Shown here in pieces: positions 50,920-52,670 of a DNA stretch of 52,670 nucleotides (positions are counted from its first letter, which is position 1; each line of letters begins with the position of its first letter). The stretch covers positions 65,357,751 to 65,410,420 of the forward strand of contig NC_057719.1 in NCBI RefSeq assembly GCF_004010195.1, read 5' to 3'. The notes below the pieces were generated by a model that searched no databases, was not told the DNA's origin, and saw only the letters and a list, made by a program, of their open reading frames with translations. This DNA is from Chiloscyllium plagiosum (lineage: Eukaryota). The position numbers and the translations under genes were made by a program.

Positions 50920-51042
50920 GCTTTGGATGCTGTAAATAAGAAACAAAAAGAGAAATGGCTGGAAAAGCTCAGCAGGTCTGGCAGCACCTGTGCAGAGAAA
51001 TCAGAGTTAACGTTTCAGGTTGGGTGACCCTTCGTCAGAACT
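50920..51042 (-). mobile_element. PLE terminal fragment (another subfamily)
   Basis: gctggaaaagctcagcaggtctggcagc..gttaacgtttcaggttgggtgacccttcgtcagaa. Confidence 0.7.
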
Positions 51043-51054
51043 TCAATTCAATGC

Positions 51055-51320
51055 AACTTTTTAAAAAAAGGTTTTGTGATTTACACATGAAAGAAGTGAA
51101 ACTATCACGGTATTCTAACAGACAAAAGGCTTAACAGACAATCAATTTTTCAATATATAATTTCAGATACATCACACTGTAAATTTTTGCTATAAATTCT
51201 GTGTGTTAGGATTGAGCCCTCCACTACCACCTGATGAAGGAGCGACGCTCCGAAAGCTAGTGTGCTTCCAGTTAAACCTGTTGGACTACAACCTGATGTT
51301 GTGTGATTTTTAACTTTGTT
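51055..51320 (+). mobile_element. PLE 3' terminal region (second family)
   Basis: Contains hammerhead motif followed by aaacctgttggactacaacctgatgttgtgtgatttttaactttgt, a recalled shark PLE terminus. Confidence 0.7.
51228..51262 (+). ncRNA. Minimal type-I hammerhead ribozyme
   Basis: CAC-CTGATGA-A-GGAGC-GAC-GCTCC-GAAA-GC-TA-GTG: 3-bp stem I, 5-bp stem II, palindromic AGCT stem III, CUA cleavage triplet. Confidence 0.75.
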
Positions 51321-52170
51321 ATTCTTACTTTTTTAAATCTCACTTCTTCAGTTTCAAACTTAACTTTTTAAATTCATATATGAACATTCAAGACCACCCT
51401 GTGGATAAGATAAGCATTTACAGGGCCTGACAATCTTCTCTGATAGTTATTCTAACTTGTCTTTTGGTTACCCATGCCATTGGAGCATTCTTCATTTCCC
51501 CCGAGTGTCTTTAATTTGTTCTGAGCTCTAAACACAGTACACATTCATGGAAGTTGAAATCAAGTTCCACACTATCCAGTGATGGAAGCAACTGACTATC
51601 AGCTTTCATGAATAGTCACTGGGTGTATAACTCAGACCAAAAATAAGGAAGATTGAAAGAGTTGAAGTGTGCTGCGATGCTGTCGGTCATGTGATGGAAG
51701 CAGCCAATCTCACGGCGAGGAGAATTAGTTACATTCCTAGAGATTAGATTCTTGGAATCGAGTAACAAGTGAATTGCAAGGTTGTCCGTCAACTTTATCT
51801 ACCATCTTCCTGGTAGTTGCTTGTTGCAGCAATAATAGTGATAATTGCAGCAATCAATTACTAACAATTAGTCTGCAACAACCTTGAATACAACAGACAA
51901 GAAGGAGCTGGAGCATGCCATTTGGCACTATGAAGCTGCTCTGTCTTTTGATAAATTCATGACTGATCTGTCTGTACCTCTAAAGCACTTTCCTAAAGCC
52001 CACTTTCGACCTGAAAAATATTTGCATTTAAATGGATCTGCACCTTCTGCTGCCATTTCTGGTGAAAGACTGGGGATTGAAACTGGCTTTCCCATCAAGT
52101 TCTCATCAATTCCTTTAGAAAAATTACTTGCAGCTTTGCCATACGTATTTGTTAAATTCATTAAGCAATG

Positions 52171-52485
52171 GGGGTGGCACAGTGGCACAGTGGTTAGCAC
52201 TGCTGCCTCACAGCGCCAGAGACCCGGGTTCAATTCCCGCCTCAGACGACTGACTGTGTGGAGTTTGCACGTTCTCCCCGTGTCTGCGTGGGTTTCCTCC
52301 GGGTGCTCCGGTTTCCTCCCACAGTCCAAAGATGTGCAGGCCAGGTGAATTGGCCATGCTAAATTGCCCGTAGTGTTAGGTAAGGGGTAAATGTAGGGGT
52401 ATGGGTGGGTTGTGCTTCAGCGGGTCGGTGTGAACTTGTTGGGCCGAAGGGCCTGTTTCCACACTGTAAGTAATCTAAAAAATCT
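52171..52485 (+). mobile_element. HE1 V-SINE
   Basis: Head, B-box, V-domain and tail; explains the C-terminus of ORF 51884-52348. Confidence 0.92.
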
Positions 52486-52529
52486 AATTCAGATCTCGAC
52501 ACACTGATGTGATGAAGAGCAAAGAAGCA

Positions 52530-52670
52530 GAATCTGGATCAGTGGTGCTGGAAGAGCACAGCAGTTCAGGCAGCATCCGAGGACAGGCAAAATCGACGTT
52601 TCGGGCAAAAGCCCTTCATCAGGAATAAAGGCAGAGAGCCTGAAGCATGGAGAGATAAGCTAGAGGAGGG
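52530..52670 (-). mobile_element. PLE arm with intact hammerhead core, runs off window
   Basis: Reverse CTGATGAAGGGCTTTTGCCCGAAACGTCGA at 52593-52622. Confidence 0.82.

Noticed and set aside
46688..51778. Shared 15-mer aacaagtgaattgca at ~46689 and ~51764
   Set aside because: Roughly one such exact match is expected by chance in 52 kb of AT-rich DNA, and there is no flanking homology
51884..52348. 154-aa ORF as a real CDS
   Set aside because: Non-ATG start, C-terminal third is an HE1 SINE, and the N-terminal part has no recognisable domain
1..52670. CRISPR array, prokaryotic operon or defence system
   Set aside because: No regularly spaced repeat-spacer array and no dense ORFs; the content is eukaryotic transposon-rich DNA

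Overview
This is vertebrate nuclear DNA, almost certainly from a shark. The basis is HE1-type V-SINEs with (TAATC)n tails and elasmobranch-type CR1 and Penelope repeats; a bamboo-shark-like genome is my inference. I cannot support any intact host protein-coding gene: the ORF track is almost entirely transposon debris or random ORFs, so the window looks intronic or intergenic. It contains many truncated CR1 LINEs, RTE and Rex1/Babar LINE relics, HE1 and other tRNA-derived SINEs, a solo LTR with a nested TA-flanked MITE, a Gmr1-like Gypsy pol relic, three PIF/Harbinger transposase relics, and several Penelope-like elements (PLEs) carrying minimal hammerhead-ribozyme motifs. Three structures stand out. 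(1) A ~600-bp, nearly identical inverted copy of neighbouring DNA was inserted into the Gypsy RT sequence, forming a 2.2-kb foldback (33634-35853). (2) Three independent foldback PLE insertions share the same asymmetric 34-nt tail. (3) Two families of minimal hammerheads have palindromic 4-nt stem III, implying dimer-dependent cleavage. A 17-N gap with a flanking duplication at 29637-29653 is probably an assembly artefact. Repeat boundaries were set by eye and are approximate; family names come from recalled motifs, not database searches. I found no convincing wholly new biological system.
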